From contig NW_005434649.1 of NCBI RefSeq assembly GCF_000315625.1, positions 310,001 to 374,000 of the forward strand: a stretch of DNA of 64,000 nt, read 5' to 3'. Source of the DNA: Guillardia theta CCMP2712 (taxonomy: Eukaryota > Protista > Cryptophyta). Under the pieces are notes generated by a model. It saw only the letters and a program-made list of their open reading frames with translations, was not told where the DNA came from and did no database searches. Both the position numbers and the translations under genes were made by a program. Position 1 is the first letter of the stretch, and each line of letters begins with the position of its first letter. Shown one piece after another: positions 25,077 through 38,100 of this stretch.

Positions 25077-25499
25077 CTAAGAGCTGCGTGCACTCGAGGC
25101 CGCTTCCGATGAGCTCTGCAGCCTGTCGAGCACCAAGTTTGCATCTGCGGTGAACAGCAGCCCAAGAAGGTGAGGATCTTCTGCCCCCTCCATTTGCATC
25201 CTCTGGATCTCCTTGGCGCTAAGAAGATCGTCCTCGTGTTGATCATCTCTCGGCATCTCTTCCAAGAGTAAAGACCTGTAGATGGCGTTGTCTTCCAATC
25301 GGGAGGAACGAGGGGAAGGAGGACAAACGTCAAGCTCAACCCTTCGGCATTGATCTCGTCTCTCATAGAGACTGACGCGTTCAGGGCTGTGGAGCCAGAG
25401 CTTCGCCGTCTGTTCACCACAAGCTAATCGAAGCTCTTCATAAAGGTATAGAGCAGCTACACTTGACTTGTCCTGCTTTGTGCGCGGTGTTCTCTCCAT
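25077..25499 (-). CDS. Two-motif orphan family member C, intronless, 140 aa
   Basis: Motifs SVAALYLYEELRLACGEQTAKLW and LGLLFTADANLVLD. Confidence 0.8.
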   Translation of the reverse strand: MERTPRTKQDKSSVAALYLYEELRLACGEQTAKLWLHSPERVSLYERRDQCRRVELDVCPPSPRSSRLEDNAIYRSLLLEEMPRDDQHEDDLLSAKEIQRMQMEGAEDPHLLGLLFTADANLVLDRLQSSSEAASSARSS

Positions 25500-26327
25500 C
25501 GTCTTTGTACGATGTTGTCCGTTGACAACAGACGTCGGTGCTTTGCACGCAATGAATGACGTACCACTTGCTCCGAGTTCTGAAGGTCAATCAAATCTCT
25601 CAAGCTCTGTCCAGACCTTCAGCTTGCTATCGTCGATTCAACCTCCAAGCCCTTCCTGCTTCCTCGCTGACTGCCTTACTGTTTCCCTCACCTTGTCTCT
25701 TTTACTACAGCTCCTGACTTCTTCATACATAATTTTAGCCAAAAGGTTTTTCGCAGCGACCCATTCGATACCGGTACAAGTAAGGTAAAAATACGGGTCC
25801 AGTGATTTTTGCAATGAGAAGGCAAAGTGCGTCTTTTCGGCTGCAATACCATATACAATGTTATTAGAGAATCGGCTAGAAAATACACGACCTTTCGTCA
25901 CCCCTCCCGCTACCCATGTTTTTTACTGCTCAGGGGTCACGAGCCCCTGGAGCACCTTGCTTGCCAGTTAAACAGAGAGTATGGTGGGGGTACTACTGTC
26001 ACCCCAACGTTTGTCTATCTAAATAGGGGTGAAAGGGCAAAAGGACCCCCACCTCAAGGATCATGATCAGCTTCGTGACTAGCTCAAGTCACGTGGGAGA
26101 CACAAGGTTTAAAGATGCGAGGGACAGGAGCAGGGGAGTACTGGATTCAAGGGCAAGCAAGAAGAGGCTGAAGGGTGCGCAAGGGAACTACTCTAGGACT
26201 GGTGGTGAACGCATGATGCCTTTCTGAAATGCGTCATGCGTTGTTTGTGATGTCGCTGATGCGATGACTTGTTGAGATTGTTCACCTTTGAAGACAATCT
26301 AATCCAAAAATAGTTGAAGTACGAGGC

Positions 26328-26870
26328 ATGATGTGTGGCTCAAAATTGGATTGCCAGTTAGATCACTTAGCCGCAAAGTGCAACAGAACTCCTTCGAAAG
26401 TAAGTGTTGCCGACCTATACCTGTTTGAGGAGCTCAAGTTGCAATGTGGTGACCAGAAGGCAAAAGAATGGTTTTACTCGTGCAGTGACAGGAGCATGGA
26501 TTTGAGCACAGACTATGCCTCAGTGAAGTCGATCACAAGGGAACAATCCGTACAATCTGTAGCAAAAGAGCAGGTGGAAATCAGCCTGGATATAAGCATT
26601 GCCGAAGACCATGAAATGAAGCCTGACGATGACATGTGTTTCGATTCTCACGAGGACTTGTTTGCGAAGTTGAAATCGCACAGCTATTCGACATTACCCA
26701 ACCTTACAAGCGATGATCAATACCATAGAAGCCGTTCGACTCCCAACCTCCGTCAGATCGGACGGCATGTAAACTACGATGACGTTGATTCAACTCAGTA
26801 TCTCGGGCTCCTATTCACGTCTGAGGCAAACCTTGTGTTGGACAGACTTGAGAGCATCCACAATATGTAA
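26328..26870 (+). CDS. Two-motif orphan family member D, intronless, 180 aa
   Basis: Motifs SVADLYLFEELKLQCGDQKAKEW and LGLLFTSEANLVLD. Confidence 0.8.
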   Translation: MMCGSKLDCQLDHLAAKCNRTPSKVSVADLYLFEELKLQCGDQKAKEWFYSCSDRSMDLSTDYASVKSITREQSVQSVAKEQVEISLDISIAEDHEMKPDDDMCFDSHEDLFAKLKSHSYSTLPNLTSDDQYHRSRSTPNLRQIGRHVNYDDVDSTQYLGLLFTSEANLVLDRLESIHNM

Positions 26871-27073
26871 AGGACAGAAGTACCACAGGAAATGGTTCTA
26901 TCTCTATCTGGACTGGAGGGAGGAAGCCAGAGGACATGATTCTGTCTCTATCGGGAGCGAGGAAGCCACTCTGATGGAGGGGGGTCGATGGCAACCATCT
27001 ACTCAAAACTTTATAGTGCAAGTGAAGGATATAGACAATGTGAATGGGCGGCTGCTGTTAAAGATTTATTACA

Positions 27074-28860
27074 TTAATATCTCTGTTGTAAATGGTTTGA
27101 ATACCTCAGAACCGTTGTCTCCTCTCTCACACGGGGCGAAGGGTGCAGGGTTGCGCTTCTGCTGCTCAGAAACAAGGAGTCTCTGCGAGAGAGCAGGGGA
27201 AGGGGGAGCGAGCGGCTCTGCGAACTTAGCACTCGCCCGTTCGTCTCCCTCCTCGTCATGTAGGGAGTCTTGAAGCCGTCTGCGTGTGGCTGCGAAGATC
27301 GGTTGCTACCGTACCAGCTGGTGGGTCTCAGGGAGCTGACGTCAGCTTTCTTGCGAGGCCTGTAGGTGTAGCGTCCTCTACGGCTGTAACCGATTTCGCG
27401 GCAAGCATTCTCAACGATCCCGTTGACGATCTCAGCAACGAGGAGCCTTGGGCTTAAGACCTCTGCCCGTGGATCATCCTGTAGCCTCGGGATGTCCTTC
27501 AACAAGAGAAGATGCGAGTACTTGTATTCGCCAAACTTGATCTCAGAAATGACGTGGTCGAAGAAGATCCGGCATCTGTCTCCTAGGATCTTGACAATGG
27601 TTCCCTGTCTGAATTCTTTCCTCATAATCTTCCCCTTGCTCTTGTTGAGCTTGTGACAAGGGTAGAACAAGTGCGGAGAGATTATGACCTTCTGACCGAT
27701 CGCCATGGACTCCTTCTTCAGGAGGATCGAGTCCAGCATGGCTCTCATCTTCATTCCCAACTCTTCGGCTTTCTGCCTTCCGAGAATCCCCCGAATCCGT
27801 TTCTGTATGAGAGTTGCTGCATTCTTCAGCATTCTAGTCTGCTCACCGACAAATTTTCGATTGATGCAACTGCGCAGGAAGAAGATCTCGAGTGTCATCA
27901 AAGATTCTCTGTAGCTTATCAGTTTCCGCCTGATCAATTGCATCCGACAGAAAGCCTTGATGAAATTTATCGCATCCAACTGTTCCTCCGTTTCATCCAC
28001 GTCCCAGGCCAACGCCCAGAAATCAGATTTTTGCGCTACGATGTTCTTCATTCTGACCAAGTGCTTCACCCAAAAGTCGTACCTTTCTATCAAGTCGTGT
28101 AGACTTGGCATTTCGCCGTACCCCACGGATTTCTTCATCATCGACTTCTTCTTCACATGAGATGCCTTCGAATATCTTGAGGAGATCAAAAGGTCGTCGG
28201 GAGACCACTTGCTATTCTGCGACCCAGACACGGCTCGGTCGTACCAGTTTCTCAACGTTTGACGTAAAACATTTGCAGACATGCGAAGAAACAAACTTTT
28301 GAACACAGCCTCTCTGCTCCTGACATCAAGGTGTTACGCATAGCACAGGAAGACGATGTCATTTTCAACTCAACACACCTGAAATGCAAGATGCGTATCC
28401 ACCTGAGCAACAACTTCTGCGCAAGGTAGACTTCTTTCTCTGTAAGCTTCACTCTCAAGCTCAATATCACACTGATGGTACTTTTTTTTCTCATTTCGTT
28501 CGTTCAGTCAAGTTAAATTTCAATTACATGGACAGTGGAGCCTTTCATCAAACTTCTTGCGTTGAGTGATACCGTCTTGTTGCACGGAAGGGGGGTTGGT
28601 GATCTTCATCCATTCCCACTACCTTTGAAACAGAAATCAATCGAGTGAAAACACGTCATGGCAATCCTACTCTTCCTCTACAGTTTTCCTTTTTGACGCT
28701 GTTCACCTTGTCTCCTCCAGGCTCCCTTAACCTTTCCCATACACCTTGAAATCCTGACCCTGTCCTTCGTTTGCTCCTTGTTCTGATTTGAAATGAATAC
28801 GTTTTGGGGTTCTGCCGACCGTCTCTTGTTCAACGTTCTGACCTTGATGTTCAGATCTCT
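27074..28860 (-). CDS. IQ calmodulin-binding motif protein, ends approximate
   Basis: 410-aa ORF with AATLIQKRIRGILGRQ (IQ consensus), followed by a possible SH3/KOW-like beta segment (IGQKVII..GTIVKILGDRCRIFFD). Confidence 0.6.
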
Positions 28861-29479
28861 ATCTTGCCCCACTCGTCGATCTCTCCTTCCTCTTCCTCCT
28901 CTCCTCTCACTCCCACCTTTCCGCTACCCACCCTCCTCCCATCGTCCAGCTTGCCGAACATCAAACTTGGTACCACCCCCACTCCAAGTCACATAGCCAA
29001 CCCCCCACCCTATATATCAGGACCAACAAGACTGTCAACTAGGGTACTTTATACTACCTGGGGTGCTCAAACGTTTGACAGCAAATCAACTTGACCTCAC
29101 TTCGTTGTTCCGACGAGCCTCCCCCAACTGACGGACGCGAACTTCCGAGAACTGAACTGACCGTGACTTGATCATCGGCGGCCTGGGCGGACTCGACGGC
29201 CCTGAGTCCGGGCCCCCGAACGTCCCCACCGTGACGGCTGAGGCTGACTCGGTCGGACTGCGGCCTCGATCGGACTGGCCGGCGCCCTTGCATCGCTGTA
29301 CTGTCCGACTCGGCGCGCGGCGTCAGATCCTTTACTCGTCGGATCATCTCGCGTCGAAGAACTCCGCGGCCCCGGGGCCCAAGTTCAAGTTGTTTTTAGT
29401 TCAATACTTCACACTGACATTCACTACGCCGACAGGTCATGGTAGGGGCTTGAAGGCGCCCCCGTGACGGTCACGCACT

Positions 29480-31258
29480 CTAGCGGCGCTCACAGCAGTT
29501 TGGCCTTGATGCATTCAGGATGAACGTAGTGAGCATCAACCACCTGCCAGTTGTCACTGTCGGCGTTTGCCATGCAACGGTCAAACGTTTCACACTCACG
29601 TTAAGCATGCGATCCTCTGGGTATCCGGCAGCAGCCTTGCACTCCTCAAAGAGCTTCGTGAGAGCTTCGATGTACCTGAGACAAGGAGAAGAGGTCAGCT
29701 GTCAAATGGTCAGAGCTCCTTGCACGTACTTCTTGTGGTACTCGTCGACCATCTTGTCGGTGATCTCCTGTCCGGGCGAAGGCTTTGGCACCTTTATGGG
29801 ATCTCCGATGGCGAGGCAGAGCGGCACGGGATGAGGAAGAGGCGTTCCCTGCACCAATGCTATCAGCCAAGAATGGAGGAGGAGGAGGAGGAGGAGGAGG
29901 AGGAGGAGGAGGAGGAGGAGGAGGAGAGGCATAAGGAAGAGAAGGGAACTTCACCCGCCATCCCCAGCAGACAGGGATCGAGCATTTGAAGTTCTTCTGC
30001 AGCCACTTGCGAAACCCTAGCAGGAGGAAGTCAGAAGCTAGAGCATTCACTGGTCCATCGTAACCTCGGAGGAGAGACGTGTTTATATGGAACACGTTGG
30101 TGTTGTGGAAGCAGTATGTGGGCAGCAAGTCCGCCCCGTTCTGCAGCGCAAGCTTGACAAACCCTGGAACCACTCTCAACACGCAGCTGCAGGCAAGAAA
30201 CAACGATACCTTTCCTCTCCTTGAGCACAACCGTGTCTTCATCGTTTCTGGCAAGGAGTACTTCGGCCTGGAGGACATTTCATCCCAGCTGCAAGATGCT
30301 CGCTGCGATTCGCACGCACCTCGCCCCCGACAACGATCCCCACGCTAGAGCCCTTGTTGAGGGTTCGCTTCAAGGCAGATCGAGAGACGTCGATGTGCCC
30401 AAAGATCATGAAAAGTTCTCTCACAAACGGAATGAAGTAGATGATTGAGGCTCCGGTAGAATGCACCTGCGGCCGCCTCCCTCAACAACCGATACGCATT
30501 CTGTCAGTTCAGATTCACCTTGTTGCGCAGGAAGGGAAAGCGGCGGTAAAGTGGATTCTTGTAGCTCGTGAACATCCAGGCAATCTGCCCAAGGGCGAAG
30601 ATACCGTGCGGGTGCTGCCCTATAACGTATCTGTACGAGCACCATCAGCTATGCCCTAGAGCGCAAGGAGCTGCGGTTATCACTTGGTGTCGTCCAGCTT
30701 CAGGTCATCGGGGATCAGGATCCTGTAGTTGTAGTATTCCATGCCGAAGATATGTACGTCCAGCCCTCGGAACCAGGTCCATTCCATACTGCCTGACGCG
30801 GGATAGATCAAACCTCCGTCCTCCTCAAGAGCGTCACGTGCATGATACCAGTGATACGTGCTCGGCTAAAGTACACGTGAAGGGCATACGCGCCCAGCAC
30901 AGGAACGCTGATCCATCGCGGGGTGACGTATGAGAAGACTCCAACCATGATCAGTCCCTGCCGCCATCGTCATTCAAAGCTCCGCCATGGCACAAGGAGG
31001 AAAGAATGACCTGCTGGAACATGATGAGGGATCCATACAACGCTACCACGACGTTCTTTGTCCATCTGAAGTGCTTCCAGATGTGTGTGCTGAACTACAA
31101 GGTCAGTTTGTGCCCAGTGGCAATGTTCAAGTGAGAATAGATGTCGGGGAACAACAGCTGTCGCACCTGTAGATTTTGGCTGCCCGGCCACTCCTCAGAG
31201 CCACCTTCTCTTCTACCAGCCACTCTCCTGTATCGCTATTTGATCCATCTGAGGACAT
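29480..31258 (-). CDS. DGAT2: DGAT2/MOGAT-family acyltransferase, multi-exon, ends approximate
   Basis: RYVIGQHPHGIFALG (HPHG motif), IYFIPFVRE, GSSVGIVVGG, GFVKLALQNGADLLPTYCF, LAIGDPIKVP and VDEYHKKY. Confidence 0.85.
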
Positions 31259-31850
31259 TCTGACGACGATAAATCCTGAGTGCATTGTTATGATTCACTT
31301 GTGTGGGAAAGGCAGGTCTTCTTGCTCTGGTTCCGCTCCTATCCTTTTGCACGTACTTGCCCACCTCAAGTGGTAGTTCTCTTCTACTGGCACTCGTTGA
31401 TATGTTTCATTCACTATCATTTATCCTCACTGGAAAACTTGACATTCCATTCCTCTGCTTCCTCCTCTTTCAAGAGCGCCCCTTGGTCAAGGAAGTCAAC
31501 CTTCGTTCACTCGTATTTTCATCCTCCTGCAACCCCTGTCCTCTCGTCTCCTTCCACTCTCACTACCTCCTCTTCACATGCCCTCCCTTCCTCTGCCTTC
31601 CCCTTCACCCCCTTCTCTCCTTCTCTTCCCATCGCCGTCCATCTTTCGTTCGCTTCTCCTGTGATCCTGCCCGATGCTTTTGTGTGATGGCGTCTCTCCG
31701 TCCAGGCGGAAGATCTCCTCAAATTTTATAGGATATTGGTTTCCAGAACATAACCAACTTACAATTCCATAAACTATTAAGTTAAATTTATTGGGAAATA
31801 TTTTTCAGTTAGACCTGTAATATATCTTTTCTTCCGATCTATTGATTTGG

Positions 31851-31950
31851 NNNNNNNNNNNNNNNNNNNNNNNNNNNNNNNNNNNNNNNNNNNNNNNNNN
31901 NNNNNNNNNNNNNNNNNNNNNNNNNNNNNNNNNNNNNNNNNNNNNNNNNN
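31851..31950. other. Assembly gap (100 N)
   Basis: Run of N. Confidence 1.
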
Positions 31951-32135
31951 GAGGAGGGAGGGAAGAGGGGAGGGACGTGAAGAAAGCAGGAGAAGGGAGA
32001 GGAGAGGAGTGGTGGGGGGGGGGCAGGATGCAGTAAGAGAGAAAATTGGTGTAGCAGTGATAATTCGCTGTCCGAATGCCCTGTATCTCAAGTAACACAT
32101 GTACCATCTCCTTGTCTGCGAATGGCTACACAACC

Positions 32136-35100
32136 ATGTCGGGAGAGGTCTTACCTTATCGTTTCATGCAGATGCGATATTCATTCGCCGTCTCTGTGAT
32201 GGCAGAGGATGGGGTCGATCTCTCCAGCCTGCGGGAGCTCATTGCTGGAGAATCGATCCGCGGCCTTTCCCTGCTCACGCGCGAGCAGGTTGAGATAGCA
32301 GACGATGACGCAGAAGCAGCAGCAAAGAGGGACGAGTGGAAGGAGAAGAAAGCCTCGGGCGAAATTGATGGAGAGGCGAGCATGCCACATGACATCTTCG
32401 GAGTTCTGCTGAGATCGATCCTAAAGCGCCCTGCTCCCGATCCCCCTCCTGACCCCCCTGAGAACGACGAGTCATCTGACATCCTGCTGCGCATCCCTCG
32501 GGGTCCAAGGAAGTTCGTCTTCAGCTTTGACATGCCGGCATCCGTGGAGGAAGCCAGAGAGCTCCCGTCTGACTGCGGGATCGACGCGATGATTCTTGTG
32601 AAGAAGGCCGACGCGCCAGCCGATGCAGGAGGAGGGGGGGGAGGGGAGAGGTTGTTTCATGAGCTGGAAAAGCTTGCAAGCGAGCAGAGACTGGACGGTC
32701 ACAATCCAACAGCAGATTGTGCGTTCGAGATGGTCCTGTTTGCTGAATCGGCGGAGCAGCTGGTACAGAACATAGCAAGGTGTCTCATCAATGTAGTTAA
32801 TGCTCGGATTGGGTACATGGACTGGATGGAGGACGTGAAAGTTGTGGAGATGCGGCCAGTGAAGGTGGACAGAGACTGTTACGAGAAGGTGCTCGCCCAC
32901 ATACCCCATGAAAGTCTTTCCGTCTCCATCATCCTGGATGCTGTTCTACAACAGGTTGCCTTCTCCTGCAACGATGGGGAGGGAGAGCAGGCGAAGGCGT
33001 TCAGGGTGAACGAGAAGAATCTTGGTCTGATCGCTGATGTGAACGACCTCCTGCAAGACATTCCTCATCGCAGCAAGGACGGGGAGCGCAGAGAAGAGGC
33101 AAAGGATGTTGTGCCTTGGAGGGACAGCCGGCTTGCTAGGGTAGAGAAGGGAAAGAAGAAACGAGTGTCGGCGGATGCCTTGCTGCAAGCTGAAGAGAAG
33201 GGGGGGCTCTTTCTCAAGGTTGCCGATCACTTCCACCTCCAAGAAGATCAGATCGCAGATCACCTCAGCCATGCTGTCCTCCCTCCCCACAAGACGAGCG
33301 AGGAGGCTCGTTTCCGCCTGCTCCTGCTCGAGTTCGAGGCCATGCTGGGGATTCAGGAGGAGGAGGAGAAGGAAAGCAGAAAGATACGCAAGTTTAGATT
33401 CGTGGAAGAGCTGAGCAAGGAGATGATGCAACAGCAGGTATTCAGATCTTCTTCCTTGTCCTGCTCCTGCTCCTCCTTTACTTCCTGTTCCTCCACCATC
33501 ACCGCCACCTCCTCCTCCTCCTCCTCCTTTCTTTGTTTCCCCTTCCTGTGTCTTCTTCCAGGGCCTGAATGCTCCTCGTGCTTCAGTTGGCAAACTCGCT
33601 GAGACAAGACGTCGAGCCTGATGTCCTCCTTCACCGCTATCCGCGCGAAGATCTCCTCCTCGTTGCCTTCACCTCCTCCTGCCCCGCCAGTCGAAGGTCG
33701 ACGCGATCATGGACGGCGAGCGCTGCTTGTCATCTCGGGTTCTGGCAGTGGATGCAGGTGAAGTTCATCCTATCATCCATCCATGTTCCTTCCTGCCCTT
33801 TCCTCATCCCCTTCCTCCCCCACGCACCCTTCCTCATTCTCCTCCTCCACTCTATCAAGGGTCTCTGTCGTCTCGTTGAACCTCTTCTCCATCTCCTTTC
33901 ATTGCACTCGCTCCTCTTTTCATTCGGGTTGTATCGTCACATCACAGCATGCTTGATATATTTACTCTCGCCTTGTTCACATCCATGATCGCTGCGCTTC
34001 TCACTTTCAGACAGGCACGCAATCGTCTTCAAGCTTCGCATCTCAGGTCTGTCGCAATTGCAAGTCGTCGAGGAAGAAGGAAGGAGGAGGAAGCGAGAGG
34101 AGAAGGGGAAGGGGAAGGAGAGGGAGGCGAGAAGGAAGACAACGAGGAGGTCAATGCAGCGATCGAGAGCCTTCCTCTACCTGACAAGCCAAGTGTGATC
34201 TACGAGCTAGACGCGTCTCGGTCCTTGTTGTTTGACAGGCAGGACATTGTTCACATGATGAACGGGAGAACTGCTGTCCGGGGAGAAAAGAAAGGTTGCA
34301 AATACCTCCGTACGACGGTCGGGGAGCACAACATCCACATTGAGAGGATGGAGGAGCAGGAGCAGGAGGAGCAGCGATGCCTTCCGTGCTCGCTCAAGAT
34401 TGTCTATGGTGATGACTGTTGCGTCTGGATCAGAAGGGAGGAGGAGGCGATGCTGGTGGACGTGAGTTTTCGTGACGGTTTGTTCATCTCGTTTGTCAAC
34501 GAGGAGAAGGTCGTTCAGTCCAGACCCCACACGTACCCTTCCACCGGCACCATGTCCTGGAAGGGTCAGCACAGTCACAGTAGCGCCCTTCTGCATAGCC
34601 TTGAAGTGCACAGAGCTGGTTTTGTTGTACTCAAGTCGTGCGATGGGACTGCGGAGGTTGTGATGGAGGACGGGGTGAAGGGAAGGTACGGGGACACGGA
34701 GTGGCGCTGGACGACGATGGATGGTGATGTGGTCAGGCATAGAGCCGACAAGTTCGACAAGTTGGAGCCTGTCAAGGTCGGAGTGACGACTGACGTTGAC
34801 AAGGGGCAGCGGGTGTGCTGGATGTCAGACGGGAGCTACGTGGTCTTATCTGAGACCTCGGCCGATGCTTGTCTGGTACATCACAGCAACGGTGTTGAGA
34901 TCGAGAAGAAAAACCAGAGGCTGCATGCCCGATACCCGGAGTTTGCTGCCGTCTGTCAGGACCAGCAAGGGAGGACGGCTGACAGCCCCGACGGTACTCG
35001 GATCCACGTCAGCAGCGAGTTGATCGAGATCATCCGCAACGATGCGACGCTGCTGCGAGTGGACAAGTTGAGCATGAAGGGGAAGTTTGTGAAGCTGACG

Positions 35101-38100
35101 AGGGGGGGAGGGGCGGAGCAGGAGAAAGTGCCGAACTCGGTTGAGTTTGACCTCTCCGCGGGCGCGATGAAGCAGGTGGACGAGTTTGGGGAGGAGTACG
35201 AGATCAGCATGGCGGGGGAGAGCAGGGAGGACGAGGATGACGATCGGACGAGGACTGTGCTCGATGTAGTCCGGCTGTTTGCGATGAGGAGGGACGGGTC
35301 GGGTTTCGAGCTGATGCACGAAGCGATAGCGCAACAGGATCTGCTGAACGCCAGGATGAGCAACCTGCTGGTGATCGAGGAGGAAGACTCCAAGGCAGGG
35401 TTCGGCAGCATCTGCACCATCATGCGGCCGAGAGGGAGGAAGGAGAGTGTGGGGGGACAGCAGTCGGAGATGAAGTTCTCCTGCATGTCCTCGCTCGATA
35501 TTGACCTGTACCAAGATGAGTTTGTCCTCTGGCGTCAGTTCCAGTGCAGGGAGGAGGTTGAGAGAGAAGATCTGAACAAGTGGAGGGAGGCGATGGAGGC
35601 TGCGAGCGAGGTTGTCTTCCTGCGGGAGGGGACGGGAGGGGAGGCGGCATCGTCGAGTGAGGAGATGAAGAACTTGCTGTCTGCAATAGCAGACCACAGG
35701 AAGTCGACATGTCAGTGCGAGCAGATAGAGCAATACGTGAGCCTCCTCCTCCTTGCCCTCCTACACTCCTCCTTCCCTCCTCCCCTCCTCCTCCCCTCCT
35801 ACTTCCCTCTTCTCTTCCTCCTTCTCTCTCCTCCTTGCCTTCCGCCTCCCTCCTGCTTTCCTCCTCCCGCCCTCCTTCTCTCTCCTCCTTCTCTCTCCTC
35901 CTTCTCTCTCCGCCCATGTCCCGATCATCATCTCGACCTCACCCTCCTCTCCTCGCTTCTCTCCTACTCCTTCTGTCCCCCTTCCCGCCCCTTCTCCTTT
36001 CTCCCATCTGTCCTCTTCTACAACCTGATCCGCTCCTTCCCCGCAGGTTCGCGAGAAGATGGCTCTCTTCGCTGAGCACAGGCACCTCCATGACCCGCTC
36101 TTCCCCGTCGTTACCGCTCCCCCTGCCGTCTTTCCCAAGTCAAGCTTCCGCGGTGTTATGAAGCCGTCGGATCCAAGTGAGGAATCAGGAAGACAGCAGG
36201 GGAGAAGGGGAGGAGGAGAGCTGGAAGGCTGAGAGGAGAGAGGAGAAGAAAGGAGAGCAGAGTGGAGAGGAGAGGAGAGGAGAGGAGAGGAGAGGAGAGG
36301 AGGGGAGAGGATCGAGAGTGTGCCAGGGATCTGGGAAAAGTTTGAATGGGAGGAAGAGGAGGCTGTGAAATGCTGTGAGGTTGGGAAGCAAAACGCTCAC
36401 GGAGAGGAGAGAGAAACTTTCAGGGTAGTCACTTTGTTCCTGCCAGGCATCCTTCGACCGAACTATTTCTCCTCGGAGGAGGGCAACAAGTTCCTGGACA
36501 GCCTCGGGCCAGCGGGAAGAAAGGTCAAGGACCCTGATTTCCTCTGACGTCAAACCATAATCGATCGCCTGCTGCTTTTGCTTCTGCCTTCTGTTTGCCT
36601 CGCTTTCGTCTTTGATCCATCGGAGCTCTGCCTCCTCCTGTCCTTGCTGCCCATCGTTCTTGCTACGTGTTGCTTTCCCCTGCTGTCCTGCTCCTTGCTC
36701 CTCTTCCTACTTCCCATGCCTTCCTGAACTCTCCTCCTCTCCTCCTCCTCTTTTGTCAACCCCCAACCTCACACTCGTCGACAGAAAATCGTCAAGGAGA
36801 AACGATCGTGGAGAAGGGAGAGGTAGGAACAAGAGAAAACCTGCGCGCCTTCACCCTCTGACCTCCGTTGCTTCTCCCAGCACGGAGGAGGAGATAGCTG
36901 AAGGGGACGAGGAGGGCGAGGAGAACAATCACTTCGAGGTTGTCCACGACGACGAGCAGCGATCAAACACTGCAGATTCCTTTCGCGTCAACCAGGTGAT
37001 TACACGCTCTTGTCCTCCCGATTCAAACCTCCTTCCTCTCCCGCTCCTCCTCCTCTTCCTCCTCCCCTCTCCCTTTCCTCCTCCCTTTCCTCTTCCCCTC
37101 CCTCCTCCCCTCTCCATTTCCTCTTCCCCTTCCTCCTCCCCTCCCTCCTCCCCTCCATCCCCTCCTCTTCCAAGCTCATAAAGCATCGCCTATTCCTCTG
37201 CCTCCTCTGCCTCCCCTGACTGGTTTGCAGCTTCCTACCTCAGGCATGCACTCCATGCCTGCGATTATGCAGCAGGAATCGAGCTCATTCAGCGAGCCTT
37301 TCAGCAGGAGGGTGAGAACAAGTGACAGTCCACCCTCTCCTCTCCTCTCCCCTCCCCTCCCCTCCCCTCCTCTCCTCTCCTCTCCTCTCCTCTCCTCTCC
37401 TCTCCTCTCCTCTCCTCTCCTTCCTCCTCCCCTCCTCACCAGCAACTTCTCAATCCTTCATGACTTGTTTCTGTTTGTTCGTCTTTCCTTCCCTCACGTC
37501 TCTCAAGGTGAAGACCAACTATCACCTCAAACATCTTCGTCCTGCTCACTACGACATCTTGAACCGCCCGCGCAAGCATCCCATCCCCGACATGACTCGG
37601 CACGAGGCGGACGCAACAGTGGTGCGGCTCCATGTGTGCTCGCATGCCGACGGGTCTGCTGACTGGAGACGAGCAGAACGAGCAGTACGCGGTCCACGAG
37701 CTGCCGGTGAAGCGACGAACCCACACGTCATCAGTGCTGCAGAAGGTTGGAAGCAGCAAGAGGGGGAGGGGAAGGGGCTGGAGGAGGTGGAGGTGGTGGC
37801 GGCGGTGCTGATGCTGGTGATGGTGATGGTGATGGTGATGGTGTTGACGAATGGACAAAGGCGATGTTGGATGCCGCGCGCGCGAGTCAAGACATCACGC
37901 TCGACGACATGATGACCGAGGCGTCGCTGACGAGGGTGTTTCGCCTCCGTCCTAGACGAGCAAACTTCGGCCAGCTTGAGATCGGGAAGGTGACGAGGAG
38001 GAGGAGGAGGAGGAGGAGGAGGAGGAGGAGGAGGTAATAACAGAGAGACAGGTCTACAGGTTCAAACTCGTTCTTTCAAACATCGGGGTAGAGCTGGCAA

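Noticed and set aside
31777-32133. ORFs spanning the N run
   Set aside because: Artefacts of the assembly gap
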